From Myxococcota bacterium (GTDB lineage: Bacteria; Myxococcota_A; SURF-8; G963663525), in contig CAXXVK010000011.1 of assembly GCA_963676915.2 (NCBI GenBank), positions 1 through 64,000 of the forward strand: DNA of 64,000 bases, given 5' to 3'. Each line of letters starts with the position of its first letter. Position 1 is the stretch's first letter. The translations under genes and the position numbers were made by a program. This document shows positions 39,194-49,565 of the stretch, piece after piece. The notes below the pieces were generated by a model. It made no database searches, was not told the origin of the DNA, and saw only the letters and a list, made by a program, of their open reading frames with translations.

Positions 39194-41512
39194 CTACCAG
39201 TCCCTATTCAACGTGTAGTACGTCAGCCGGTAGCGGTCTTGACCGTCGTGCGGCCCTTTGGTGATTTCCAATCGTTCCTCTTCCCGGAACAATCCCACAC
39301 GGATCTCCATCCGTCCGCTGGCCAAATGTTTTGGAATGCGTCCTTTCCAGACATCCTCAATGATTTCACCGGGTTCCCAGCGATCCGTCGGGTAATCGGC
39401 ATTGGCCGGCGTATGGTCACCGATCATCCGCCCGCCACCTCTGGAGGCATCGCCGTGGATAAAGACGGTCCAATCCTCTGCGACCGGTTTTTTGGCTTTC
39501 CAGTACAGTTTGATGGTGATTTCGTCCCCGATTTTCGCTTCTTTATCCGGCAGAATTTTATAGGCCAGCAACTCGATGTTGTCGCCGAATTCCACTGTCG
39601 TGCGTTCCACGTCCAGAGGAAGTTCCTTGAGTTTGTAGTTGGCTTTTCCCCGTTTGGCTTTCGGGGGTGCTTCGGTCGAAACGAGATAGGTGAACGGATG
39701 GCGAGAATCGACGATGTAAAGATCCCGATCCATTTTCTTTTTGACACGCTCCCGGATGCGACTGAAAGAACCCCGATCGATCATGCAGAACAGCTTGCCC
39801 TCCTGCTTGAAAAAGGCTTCCGGGGTGGTTTTCTGGTAACGTTTTTTCTTCCAGAGTCTTTCGCCTTTTTCCTTGCGGGAATCGAGATAGGTATAGCGAT
39901 TGTTGAAATAGAAGGTCGGCGAAAGCCGTTTCCAGCTATGGTATTCGCACAGAGGTTCTTTGTAGACAGGCTCGTTCCAGATGTTTTCCGCCTTCGGGTC
40001 GTCGGGAGACAACAGGGTGGCTTTTTCCTGGTAGGCGTGCCAGAGCTGTCGCTGGCTCATCGTGTCGCCGATGCCAGGAATCACTTTGTAGTTGAAATAA
40101 CTCATGAAAACGATGGTGATGAGCAAAAACAGCCCCAAGGCTTCCATTCGCCATTTCCGCCAGAAAAACGGCAATCCCAAGGCCACGCCCATCGGGTAGA
40201 TCATCGCGATCATGTCCATTTGGGGGCATGCGCTACGAGGCAGAGAACGGTCGTAATAGTAGATGAACAGATGGATCAGGTGCTTGTAATTGGTGATAAT
40301 ATCCTTGGCCACAAACGAGAAGACCAGCACGGCAATCACCACGTCGAAACGTAGATAGGGAGTTTGCTCCCTTTTCATGCCACGTATCAGGTAATAGCCG
40401 ATCATCACCGTTAAAAACGGCACGGTCGGAAAGACGTAATGCTTGAATTTGGTAGAGAGCAGTGTAAAGAAGATGTACGGGAATAGAAAACAGCAGAGAA
40501 TGAACAGGTTTTTCCGGTACTTGCCTAAAACGTCGCGCATGTCGCCTTTGACAAAACGCCAAAGGGCGAAGGGGATGAACGCGCACCAGGGAAATGTTCC
40601 GTAGAAAATCTGGGCGATATACATTTCGAAGGTGTTGTTCGGCTTTTTGATAACGCCGATGGCCCGTTGGAAATGATGATAGTAGAAGAACGACTTGGGA
40701 TACGCCATTCCGAAATGAAGGCTCATATACAGGAACCACGGCAGCGCCAACGCAAGGAAAATCAACGTTCCCTGACCGAAGCGCATCTTTTTCAGCACGG
40801 ACCAGTCCTGCGTGATCATGATATAGCCAAGCACCGCCATGCCGGGAACCACGGCGCACAACATGCCCTTGGTCAGCATCGCCAGGGCTGAAAGTACCCA
40901 GAATCCGTAGATCCATCGAGCCTTGTCCGGTTCCCGGAAGAGCCCCACCGCCAGAGACAGCAGGGCCGTGGTTTGGAAGACGACATACACCCCGTCGTGG
41001 ATCGCCTGCCTTCCTATGAAATAGAATTGTGGAGAGGTCATCAGGACAAGCGAGGCGGCAAGCGCCGTCCTCCAGTCAAACAATCGAATCAACAGGAAAC
41101 AGAAGCCGAACAGTCCCAATGCAGCCATCAAGGCTACAGGAAAACGAACGGCAAACTCGGTCTTTCCGAAGGCTTCGATGGACAATCGCATCATCCAGAA
41201 CAACATCACCGGTTTGGAGAACCAGCGGTCGTCGTTTCGATGATGAGGAATGAGCCAGGTATTGTTTTCCGCCATTTCCACCGCTACCTGAGCATAGTGC
41301 GGTTCCCATGGGTCGTACAGGGCATGCGTACCCAGCAGGGGAAGATACAGGAAAAGCGTCAACAACATCATTCCGAGCGGAAGAAGAAACTCCCGACGTT
41401 CGAACAACGGGCGTTTAAGGTCTTCGGCTGCGCTACGAGCAAAAAATTCGGCTAGCATGATCGGATACCATTCTTCGGTCTTGCCAACAAATACGTCATC
41501 AATACCCGGCAT
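39194..41512 (-). CDS. ArnT/PMT-like (GT-C) membrane glycosyltransferase with C-terminal soluble domain
   Basis: DPWEPHYAQVAVEM, FSKPVMLFW, EFAVRFP, LTKG, KFKHYVFP; many TM segments. Start may be slightly downstream. Confidence 0.85.
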   Translation of the reverse strand: MPGIDDVFVGKTEEWYPIMLAEFFARSAAEDLKRPLFERREFLLPLGMMLLTLFLYLPLLGTHALYDPWEPHYAQVAVEMAENNTWLIPHHRNDDRWFSKPVMLFWMMRLSIEAFGKTEFAVRFPVALMAALGLFGFCFLLIRLFDWRTALAASLVLMTSPQFYFIGRQAIHDGVYVVFQTTALLSLAVGLFREPDKARWIYGFWVLSALAMLTKGMLCAVVPGMAVLGYIMITQDWSVLKKMRFGQGTLIFLALALPWFLYMSLHFGMAYPKSFFYYHHFQRAIGVIKKPNNTFEMYIAQIFYGTFPWCAFIPFALWRFVKGDMRDVLGKYRKNLFILCCFLFPYIFFTLLSTKFKHYVFPTVPFLTVMIGYYLIRGMKREQTPYLRFDVVIAVLVFSFVAKDIITNYKHLIHLFIYYYDRSLPRSACPQMDMIAMIYPMGVALGLPFFWRKWRMEALGLFLLITIVFMSYFNYKVIPGIGDTMSQRQLWHAYQEKATLLSPDDPKAENIWNEPVYKEPLCEYHSWKRLSPTFYFNNRYTYLDSRKEKGERLWKKKRYQKTTPEAFFKQEGKLFCMIDRGSFSRIRERVKKKMDRDLYIVDSRHPFTYLVSTEAPPKAKRGKANYKLKELPLDVERTTVEFGDNIELLAYKILPDKEAKIGDEITIKLYWKAKKPVAEDWTVFIHGDASRGGGRMIGDHTPANADYPTDRWEPGEIIEDVWKGRIPKHLASGRMEIRVGLFREEERLEITKGPHDGQDRYRLTYYTLNRDW

Positions 41513-42036
41513 CCTACCAGAGGGATTGAAAAGGGCAAATTATTCCGCACGAATACGAAGGTTTCATTTTTCTATCCGAACGATGAAACGGGATGTTCGA
41601 GAATTTTCGGGAACAAAAGGAGATCCCCTCTTTCCTGAGAAAGAAGGGATGGAGGAGAGGAGAGATAAATAAAGGTAGTTAAAAAGAAAAAAACAACCGA
41701 GTCATATCTCAACGGGTTACCCCGGTTTTCAGTCGAGGCGTTGAGCAAAGTTCCAAATCGGTATAGCCTCGACACGTATAGCAAAAACAAAGCAAAAAAG
41801 ATGCCATAAATCATGGTCTAGGCAGGTTGGAATGAAAACCCAAAAAAATTCAAATAGTTACAAAATGTATTGTGATAATGTGCCATTTTGTATCGCACGA
41901 ATACATTTGTGCCATTCTGGATGATTTAAATACGTAACATATTGATATCAAAGGATAATAATCATCTGCATCAAAATGGTACTGTCGAAAGTCCGCGTTC
42001 GAAAATTGGACGCTATCGGAATTTCGATAGCGCCAT

Positions 42037-42062
42037 AAAAAATCCCCGCTCGATGGCGGGGA
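42037..42062 (-). terminator. Terminator after the PocR gene
   Basis: Stem tccccgc/gcgggga with a U-run on the minus strand. Confidence 0.6.
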
Positions 42063-42094
42063 AAATATTCGAACCAAAGGGAAAGATTCCCTTA

Positions 42095-42589
42095 TCAATC
42101 CTCGGGATTGAGTTTCGGCAGCACGTCTTTGGCGACCTCTTGAAGCGATTCGGGAGTTTTTACCTGCACTTTGCCAACCAACTCGCCGACTTCCTCTTCC
42201 GTCAGACCAATTTGCTGGGAAAGATAGAAGGGATCGATTTCTTCGAGATCTTCAGCCACACCACAGCCGGTGACCTGCCCGATAACTTCGCCATCACGAA
42301 TGATCGGCATGGCGAGGCGCAGCATTCCACCCTCGCAGGTTTCCAGCACGGGTTTCATGGTTTCCTTGACCTGTTGGGTCATGGCGGTGTTGGTCTGGCT
42401 GCAAATGTAGGTCAGCGCTTGGGAGTTGTCGCGGATTTTCGTGCACAAAGGATTGCGATCTCCGGCGGACAGGATGATTTTTCCGCCCGGATCGGTCAAC
42501 GACATGGCGAGACCTGACGTTTCGGCTACGGTTGTCAACAGGTTGATCCAGCTTTCACGGTCGCGAATTTCTAAAGGGTCCATCAGCAT
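42095..42589 (-). CDS. Stand-alone PocR sensory domain protein
   Basis: NPLCTKIR...IC...ETCEGGMLRLAMPIIRDGEVIGQV (three conserved Cys). Confidence 0.75.
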   Translation of the reverse strand: MLMDPLEIRDRESWINLLTTVAETSGLAMSLTDPGGKIILSAGDRNPLCTKIRDNSQALTYICSQTNTAMTQQVKETMKPVLETCEGGMLRLAMPIIRDGEVIGQVTGCGVAEDLEEIDPFYLSQQIGLTEEEVGELVGKVQVKTPESLQEVAKDVLPKLNPED

Positions 42590-42727
42590 TCTCCATTGAG
42601 TAACAGATTGATATTACGAAAGAAATCCTTCTTAAGACAATAGTATAAATAAAGGTCAAACGGAAAACCGCCTCCCCCGAAAACGAGGGAGGCGATAGGA
42701 TGCATGAATTCGGCGACTATTGCCAGA

Positions 42728-43981
42728 TTATTCCTCGTCACCGCCGTTTTCGTCATCCAGAACGATGGCGTTGGCCAGCAGTTTCCAGAGGTGAATCGAT
42801 TTCCACGGACGATCGTATTCTTTAGCCAGATCGCCGATGCCGTCGTAACAGTTGACACAAGGCGTGCAGACCAGTTCGGCTCCGGTACGATCGATCTGTT
42901 CCACTTTGACCTTGCCGTAATAGTTACGTGCTTTGGCAAAACCGGAAATCAACGCGCCACCACCACCGGAACAGCAGATGTTGTACTCGCGATTGGGCCA
43001 CATTTCGACCCAGTTTTCACACACGTTATCCATGACATAGCGAGCATCTTCCATGATGTCCGGATAGCCGTTGGACAGCGATTTACGTGCGGCATTGCAA
43101 GGATCGTGCAGGGTGATGATTTCCTTGTTTTTCGTCTTGTCCAGTTTGAACCGGCCTTCGGCGATCCAACGGGCATAAAGATTGACCACGTGAACCACTT
43201 CGAATTTCGGCTTGATCCCGAACTTTCTGTAGCCATCCATCGTGGCGAAGTAGCCGTGACCGCATTCGGTGTAGGCCATACACTCGCAGCCCAGTTCCTC
43301 GACACGCTCCACCTGTTTACGCAGATTGTTTTCCCAGGACTTCAGGTCACCGGAGAACATACAGTAGTTGGTTCCTTCCCACCAGATCGACGGCATGGTC
43401 CAATCGGCCTTGGCGAAGTGGAACACCTTGTAAATATCCTGCAATTCATCGGGATGGTACTGGGGAAGTTTGGAGTTGATCGTGGCGAAGTATTTCGCGC
43501 CTTGCTTGTCGATCGGCACCTCCAACTCTTCCACTTCTTCCTGGGCTTCTTCAAGCATCCAGTCCACGGTGTCGAGCCACTCTTCGGTCTCGATCTGCAT
43601 ATTGTTGCCCTTGTCCCGATGTAACTCGCAGGTGAGCTGGGCTTTGCCCGGCTTTTTATCCATCGGGCGCAAAGAACGGGCACGGGTGATCAGACTACCC
43701 ATTTTGATGCCCATCGGGCAGGCGAGGCTACAGCGGTCGCAGCCGGTGCACTGGAAGATCCAGTCGTGATCGATGACGGCCTGTTCGTCGCCCAGAACCA
43801 CCAGACGAATCGCCTTTCGGGGGTCCATGTCGGTGTATCCGCTCAAGGGACAAACGCTGGTACATTTGCCGCAGGACATGCAATAGTCCAGATCGGCGGT
43901 CCACTGGGCCTCGTTGATCAGGAGGTCGCGCAGGGGAGTTTCGGACGTTTTATCGGCGCGTATAGCTTTGGAGTTATCCAT
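42728..43981 (-). CDS. HdrD/HmcF-like Fe-S protein (2x[4Fe-4S] plus CCG domain)
   Basis: CMSCGKCTSVCP, CTGCDRCSLACP, ECGHG, HDPCN, CCSGGGG, PCVNC. Confidence 0.85.
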   Translation of the reverse strand: MDNSKAIRADKTSETPLRDLLINEAQWTADLDYCMSCGKCTSVCPLSGYTDMDPRKAIRLVVLGDEQAVIDHDWIFQCTGCDRCSLACPMGIKMGSLITRARSLRPMDKKPGKAQLTCELHRDKGNNMQIETEEWLDTVDWMLEEAQEEVEELEVPIDKQGAKYFATINSKLPQYHPDELQDIYKVFHFAKADWTMPSIWWEGTNYCMFSGDLKSWENNLRKQVERVEELGCECMAYTECGHGYFATMDGYRKFGIKPKFEVVHVVNLYARWIAEGRFKLDKTKNKEIITLHDPCNAARKSLSNGYPDIMEDARYVMDNVCENWVEMWPNREYNICCSGGGGALISGFAKARNYYGKVKVEQIDRTGAELVCTPCVNCYDGIGDLAKEYDRPWKSIHLWKLLANAIVLDDENGGDEE

Positions 43982-43994
43982 GGGTACCTCCTGT

Positions 43995-45992
43995 TCAAGC
44001 CTGGTCCGACGGACGGGTCGGATCTTCGTTTTCGGGGTGAATCACACGATCCAGAATGTGGACCAGACGGTATGCTTCGTTGTTGGCGATGGGATGATAT
44101 TGAATGATATCCGGATCGACGCCGGTTTCCTTCAACAGTCCGCGAATGCGGTTCACCCGTTTTTCTGCCAACAGGTTGCCGTGCAGGGAGCGACAGACTT
44201 CCGGATGACAACCCATGACCAGCACGCGTTCGGCGCCTTGCTCCAGGGCTTTCATCATCACCGTTTCGTCTACGCGACCCGCGCAGGGGACTTCGATGAA
44301 CGTAGCCTCGGCGGGTACGGTCAATCCCTTTTTGCCGGCCATATTCAGAGACGGTACCGCCGACTGCTGACAGGCGAACACCACGGTAGGCTTGCGGTCG
44401 TTGAACTCCTTCGTGGCTTCGTCAAGCACGTCTTCGATCTGCTCGGTAGACAGGCTACCGTGAGTGATGGCCTGGCCAGGACATACCGCCGCGCAGATAC
44501 CGCATTCCCAACAAGCGCTGGACAGGATCGTTACCGAGACTTTGTTGAGATAGGCTTCGATGGCTCCGTGAGGACACAGGCGCATGCAGGTCAGGCAACT
44601 GACGCACTTACCGACGTCCACTTTGGTGATTTCCACAGGAGCCGGGACGGCTTTGTCGGGTAATTCGCGCAGCACGGTCGCCGCTACGGCGTCCGACTCG
44701 TAACGAACCTCGAAGGGGTCGCAATCGCTGTGACAACCACCGGCAAAGAGGATTCCACGCCGTGCGGAAGCTACCGGCATGTGGCGGATATTGCCCGGTT
44801 GCAGGAAACCTTCGGCGTCCAGCGGTTGGCGCAACAGACCCGTCAAGGCCGGGTTATCGAGGTTCGGTTTGACGGTGGCGGGCTGAATCAGCCGGTCAAC
44901 GGTGAATTCCACACCCTGATCGGGAATAATGGAATCAACCATCGAACCGTCGAGTTTGCCGTCATTTTCCGTAAAGGAAGGAATCACTTCATCGTAGCGA
45001 AGGAACTGCACGCCTTCCGCTCGGGCTTCGTCGTAGAATTTCTGTCCGTTTTTGCCGTAAACCGGCATGTTTCGGAACAGAATGGAACATTTTCCGCCAT
45101 TTCCGACGTGCTTGCGGGCGCTGGCAACAGCCGCTTCGGCGGCGCAGCGGCGCTCGGGACCGTTGCGGTCGAGTAGAATCGCCACGGAATCGGTTTTGGC
45201 ATCGCTGCCATTGACTTCTTCCATAAAACCGCGAAGGCTTCCGCGAAGCGGCAGGTCGTGGTCCGGGTCCACATTGATATGGGCATCCACCGCGACCACC
45301 ACCGCACCGGCGTCAAAGACCCGGCGTTCGCCGTCGATTTCGGCGACGAGGTGGAAATCTCCCACCTGGCCATCGATGCGGCTGAGTTTGCCCACGCCGA
45401 CCGTCTCGATCTTGGGGTTGTCCGCTACGGCCTTGGAAAGCTCATCCGTCAGTGGGAAAAAGCATCCGCTGGGAGAGGGTGTTTGCAGCAGGATAACGTT
45501 CAAATCGGCTGCCGCGAGGCTCAACGCCGTCTGAAATGCTCCGTGATTACCACCCAGTACGACGACCTTGCGATTGACCAGCCGGTTGGACAGTGCGATG
45601 GGCCGTGCACGACGGGCGCGGGCTACGGCGATGCGGATAATCCGCTCGGCGCGGTCCATGGCCTCTTCCGCGTTGGCGCTGATCCACGCACCGCGTTCCA
45701 GAAGGTTGGCGCGGATAATGGGAATCGTTACCGAGGCTTCGCCATCGAGGGACAACGGGCGCTCGACGAAATCCTGGTCCGTCAGACCGCAAATCACCGC
45801 CGCCGCAAGGCTTTCTTTGTCGCACAAGGCGCTGATCTCGGCGCGACCGCCGTTATCAAGCGATTTTTCGATTTTCGCGACGTAAAGGTCTTCGCTATTT
45901 TGTACCCGGCCCATCAGGTCGGAAAGGGACAGTTCTTTGGATAGTGCGCCCTGCGCATCGCCGATAAAAACTCCGACTCGTTGCGTTTCCAT
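43995..45992 (-). CDS. QmoB-like HdrA-ferredoxin-MvhD fusion
   Basis: Degenerate HdrA-like N-terminal part, FYDEARAEGVQF, CVSCLTCMRLCP and CWECGICAAVCP, MvhD-like VPCAGRVD...GCHPEVC. Confidence 0.8.
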   Translation of the reverse strand: METQRVGVFIGDAQGALSKELSLSDLMGRVQNSEDLYVAKIEKSLDNGGRAEISALCDKESLAAAVICGLTDQDFVERPLSLDGEASVTIPIIRANLLERGAWISANAEEAMDRAERIIRIAVARARRARPIALSNRLVNRKVVVLGGNHGAFQTALSLAAADLNVILLQTPSPSGCFFPLTDELSKAVADNPKIETVGVGKLSRIDGQVGDFHLVAEIDGERRVFDAGAVVVAVDAHINVDPDHDLPLRGSLRGFMEEVNGSDAKTDSVAILLDRNGPERRCAAEAAVASARKHVGNGGKCSILFRNMPVYGKNGQKFYDEARAEGVQFLRYDEVIPSFTENDGKLDGSMVDSIIPDQGVEFTVDRLIQPATVKPNLDNPALTGLLRQPLDAEGFLQPGNIRHMPVASARRGILFAGGCHSDCDPFEVRYESDAVAATVLRELPDKAVPAPVEITKVDVGKCVSCLTCMRLCPHGAIEAYLNKVSVTILSSACWECGICAAVCPGQAITHGSLSTEQIEDVLDEATKEFNDRKPTVVFACQQSAVPSLNMAGKKGLTVPAEATFIEVPCAGRVDETVMMKALEQGAERVLVMGCHPEVCRSLHGNLLAEKRVNRIRGLLKETGVDPDIIQYHPIANNEAYRLVHILDRVIHPENEDPTRPSDQA

Positions 45993-45993
45993 T

Positions 45994-47127
45994 TTACACC
46001 TCCGCCTGTTGGGAAATGGCCGCCTCGGACGAATTTCCGAAACCCAGATCCAGTGCGATACGCTTTACTGCCGCCATGGCTTGCAACCGGGACACCTGGA
46101 TATCGGCAGGACCGGTGCAGGCTCCGGCGAGGTATACGCCCGGCGTGACGGGCTGGCCGTCGCCATTGGTTTTCGCGGGAGTGAAGAAACCGAATTCGTT
46201 GGTTTCGATACCAAACATTTCGACCAGACGACTGTTGCGCACATCGGGCATCATGCCGACGGCCAGCACGACCCGGTTGTATTCTTCGACGAGTCCCAGG
46301 CCGGTTTTCGGATCGGTGCCAACGAGTTTGACGTGGTTGACTTCCGAACCGGGTCGAACTTCGGCGGGAACGCCTTGCATGAAACGAACTTTGTCCAACG
46401 TTTTCTGGTAAAACGTTCTGAACTCTTTGCCCATGATCTGCAAGTCGATGTAATAAATAGTGATATCCAGTTCCGGCTTGAGATGCTTCATGCGGTTGAC
46501 CAGACGAATGCTGGTTTTGCAGCAGAACTGCGAGCAGTATTCCCGGCCAAGTTTGCGGTCGCGGGAACCGACGCATTGGATAAATGCCACGCGATTGAGG
46601 CTTTCGTCTTCGGGAAGGAATTTCTCGATGGCGTCTTCGTGCAGGAGTTCGTCCACATCCTTGGTGGTATACACTTCCGGCATGTGGCCGTAGCTCAACA
46701 GACGATGCTCTTTGGGATCGAAGGGTTCGAAGCCGGTAGCGAGCACGACCGCCTGGGCTTGCACGGTGGTTTCCTCGGTCAACGGCCACTGAACATGACC
46801 GCTACGTTCTTTAAGGCTACCGCGTGCGGGTTGCAGTTGCAATACCGTCACATCGCCCTTACGCTCGGCTCCAACGAGTTCGGCGTGGGTAAGGATCTGG
46901 ATATTGGCGTTGTCCGAGACACGGGCAATGGTGTCTTCGATCAGGCAGGCCGAGCACTTCGCGCAGGCGTCCGTTGCCATACAGGCCCATTGAGATGCCT
47001 GGCCACCAAGCTTATCTTCACGCTCGACGATCAGCACCTTCATTCCCATTTCGGCGAGCGACGCGGCTGTTTCCATTCCGGCTATTCCACCGCCGATCAC
47101 CACCACATTCGGTTTCAATTCAGCCAT
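45994..47127 (-). CDS. HdrA/QmoA-like FAD oxidoreductase
   Basis: VIGGGIAG, LATGFEP, IQCVGSRD...YCSQFCC, GVYLAGACTGPADI; RBS aaggag. Confidence 0.85.
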   Translation of the reverse strand: MAELKPNVVVIGGGIAGMETAASLAEMGMKVLIVEREDKLGGQASQWACMATDACAKCSACLIEDTIARVSDNANIQILTHAELVGAERKGDVTVLQLQPARGSLKERSGHVQWPLTEETTVQAQAVVLATGFEPFDPKEHRLLSYGHMPEVYTTKDVDELLHEDAIEKFLPEDESLNRVAFIQCVGSRDRKLGREYCSQFCCKTSIRLVNRMKHLKPELDITIYYIDLQIMGKEFRTFYQKTLDKVRFMQGVPAEVRPGSEVNHVKLVGTDPKTGLGLVEEYNRVVLAVGMMPDVRNSRLVEMFGIETNEFGFFTPAKTNGDGQPVTPGVYLAGACTGPADIQVSRLQAMAAVKRIALDLGFGNSSEAAISQQAEV

Positions 47128-47184
47128 ACTGGGCTCCTTTTTTTCGGAAACTCTCGTCTCCGGCGGTACGGGGTTCACGATCTA

Positions 47185-47556
47185 TCAGGCATTGAAAGCT
47201 TTTTCGATTTGTCCGATCAGCTTCTTTTCATCGATCGGCTTGTCAATCACGGGTACGCGGGAACTGATGGCCCAGTTCGCTCCGGGCATACCGCTGACCA
47301 CGATCACGGGGATGTCTTTGAGATCCTTGTTGCGGTACATTCGGCGATAGAGTCCGACACCGGTTTCGTTGGGCATCTGGATGTCCAGCAGAATCAGGTC
47401 GGGTTTGAATTCCTGAGCCTTTTCGAAGCCCAGATTGCCGTCCGCCGCCGTGTCGATGGTGTAGCCTTGGTCGGTCAGCAGGTCGCTGATGAATTCCATC
47501 ACGTCCGGTTCATCTTCGACGATCAGAATTTTCTTTTCCTTTTGCTCGTTTTCCAT
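47185..47556 (-). CDS. Single-domain response regulator
   Basis: ILIVEDE, DLILLDIQMP, IDKP; no output domain. Confidence 0.9.
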   Translation of the reverse strand: MENEQKEKKILIVEDEPDVMEFISDLLTDQGYTIDTAADGNLGFEKAQEFKPDLILLDIQMPNETGVGLYRRMYRNKDLKDIPVIVVSGMPGANWAISSRVPVIDKPIDEKKLIGQIEKAFNA

Positions 47557-47615
47557 GACGTTCTCCTGTTGGCGGTTGTCGGCAAAGACCGGACCGCGCG
47601 GTTGTGCGCCGCTCC

Positions 47616-49454
47616 CTAATGCAGGGATTCCGACGCGAGTTGCTCCCATAGCTGGGTCAATTTGGATAGTGGCAGCAGGATACGGAAGGTCGTTCCGAGT
47701 CCCACCTCGGATTCGACATCGATGGTTCCTCCGTGCTCCTGCACGATTTTATTCGTAACCGACAGGCCCAGGCCGCTGCCGTTGACACCTTTGGTCGTGA
47801 AAAACATTTCGAACAGCTTTTTCCGTACGTCCTCGGTCATTCCCGCGCCGTTATCGATGCATTCGAAAACCAGCGTTTCCCCATCCTTGAAGGCTTTCAA
47901 GGTGATTTCGGGCTTTTCTTTTCGGGATTCCTCAACCGCGTAAAAAGCGTTGGAAACAAGGTTGTCCAAACAGGCATGAATACCTTCCGGGTCCAGGTAG
48001 GTTTCTATCTCGCCTACTTGGGAATCCAGAATGAAATCAATACCTTTTTCCGATGCGGTGTCTTGGAAAAGCTGGTGGACTTCCGCCGCGAGTTCGTGGG
48101 GCGAAACCTTGTCCAGTGCCGGAATGCGGCTACGGGACAGATCGAGCAGACCACGCACCAGTTCGGCTACGCGGTTGAAGTTGCGGTCGAGCATCGCCAG
48201 ACCTTTTTCGATCAACTCCTGCGAGTCCTTGCGGCGACCGGATTTGAGTTTGTACATACCACCCTGGATACCCACGAGAATATTTTTGATCGCGTGGGCG
48301 ATGACCGCCACGGTCTGACCGACCGCCGCCAGTCGTTCACGCTCCAGTTTTTCTTTTTCCAGGCGTTTGATTTCTCTCAGATCCTGGAAGGATGCCGCAC
48401 CACCGATCACCACGCCGTGTTCGTTACGAAGCACCGAGCCGGACACGCGCACGGGGATGGGCTGGCCACCCGCACCGGGAAGCGTCGTTTCAGGAATAAC
48501 GATCGACGAGCCGCCCTCGACGAGCGCTCGCCGGAATTCCTCGGGAAAGAACGGTTGATACCGGTCGGTACCGAGGATTTCTTTGGCCTCGACACCGAAC
48601 AGTTTTTCCGCCGCCGGATTGAAGACTTTGACGCGGCCTTCTTCGTCTACCGCGATCAGCGCGTCCAGCAGGTTTTCCGTGATATTGTGGCGGAATTCGC
48701 TTTCCCGCATCAATTCCTGGCTCAACTCATGAGCTTCGGTGACGTCGATGGACATCTCTATGACGTGCTCGAAATGCTCGCCGCCGTTTTTCAGCGGGAG
48801 AGACGAGACGACGTAATGCGTGGGTTTTCCCTGTTTGGTGATGCCGGTGTGTTTGGAGGAATGCTTTTCGCCATCCTCGAACGTTTTGAGCACCGGGCAA
48901 TATGGACAGGGTTTGTCACGATTTTTGTAGGCTTTGTAGCAAAATTGATTCTCGACCTCGCCGAACGTTTCGAGTTGCTGACGGTTGGCGCGGACGATTT
49001 TGAGGTCGCGGTCGATGACGGAGATGCTACACGGCACACGCTCGAAAAGGTCGTCGTATTTTTCCTGCAACGCCTTGAGTTGCGTGGTGTCGTAGGACAT
49101 TTCGATCAGGTGGGTGATGTACCCGTTTTCGTCGTACAACGGCGCGACCTGAACCGCGAAACTGGTGGGTTGGCCATTGGCGTCGAAACCGGTTTCCTGG
49201 CTCAGTCGTATTTTGCCGTCAGCGAAGGTTTCTTTGGCTTTGCAGGTTTCGCATGGGGTGTCCCGACGCTTGTAGACCTCATAGCAGGGTCTTCCGTCGG
49301 CTTGTCCGAATTTGTGGCAGAACGGTCCGTTCGAAACAACGACCTTGAAATCACGGTCGATTACGGCAACGTGAATCGGTGCATTTTCGAAAATCTGTTC
49401 GCCAAGAACCTGACGAAAATTCATGGGAAGAGAACCCAGGTTAAGGTTATGCAT
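47616..49454 (-). CDS. Soluble multi-PAS histidine kinase
   Basis: Three PAS domains (two with CY...PCxxC), H-box IAHAIKN, NLVSNA, DNGAGM, FFTTKG...GSGLGL. Confidence 0.92.
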   Translation of the reverse strand: MHNLNLGSLPMNFRQVLGEQIFENAPIHVAVIDRDFKVVVSNGPFCHKFGQADGRPCYEVYKRRDTPCETCKAKETFADGKIRLSQETGFDANGQPTSFAVQVAPLYDENGYITHLIEMSYDTTQLKALQEKYDDLFERVPCSISVIDRDLKIVRANRQQLETFGEVENQFCYKAYKNRDKPCPYCPVLKTFEDGEKHSSKHTGITKQGKPTHYVVSSLPLKNGGEHFEHVIEMSIDVTEAHELSQELMRESEFRHNITENLLDALIAVDEEGRVKVFNPAAEKLFGVEAKEILGTDRYQPFFPEEFRRALVEGGSSIVIPETTLPGAGGQPIPVRVSGSVLRNEHGVVIGGAASFQDLREIKRLEKEKLERERLAAVGQTVAVIAHAIKNILVGIQGGMYKLKSGRRKDSQELIEKGLAMLDRNFNRVAELVRGLLDLSRSRIPALDKVSPHELAAEVHQLFQDTASEKGIDFILDSQVGEIETYLDPEGIHACLDNLVSNAFYAVEESRKEKPEITLKAFKDGETLVFECIDNGAGMTEDVRKKLFEMFFTTKGVNGSGLGLSVTNKIVQEHGGTIDVESEVGLGTTFRILLPLSKLTQLWEQLASESLH

Positions 49455-49548
49455 TTACTCGACTTCCAGCTTTCGTTCCACGTTCGCGTTCGCTCGATCT
49501 ACAAATCACCGAATTTTGTCATCACCAGAACACATCGAGTTTCAGTAA

Positions 49549-49565
49549 AGCAACCGGCAGGCCAA
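49549..49565 (-). promoter_or_regulatory. sigma54 (-24/-12) promoter of the kinase-Qmo/Hdr operon
   Basis: TTGGCCTGCCGGTTGCT (GG-N10-GC), 95 nt upstream of the kinase start, facing away from a sigma54 activator gene. Confidence 0.7.

Noticed and set aside
41572-41814. 80-aa hydrophobic ORF
   Set aside because: No convincing RBS; composition reflects A-rich intergenic DNA.
42728-47127. Selenocysteine recoding in the Hdr/MvhD-like genes
   Set aside because: The ORFs are full-length with no in-frame TGA at Cys positions.
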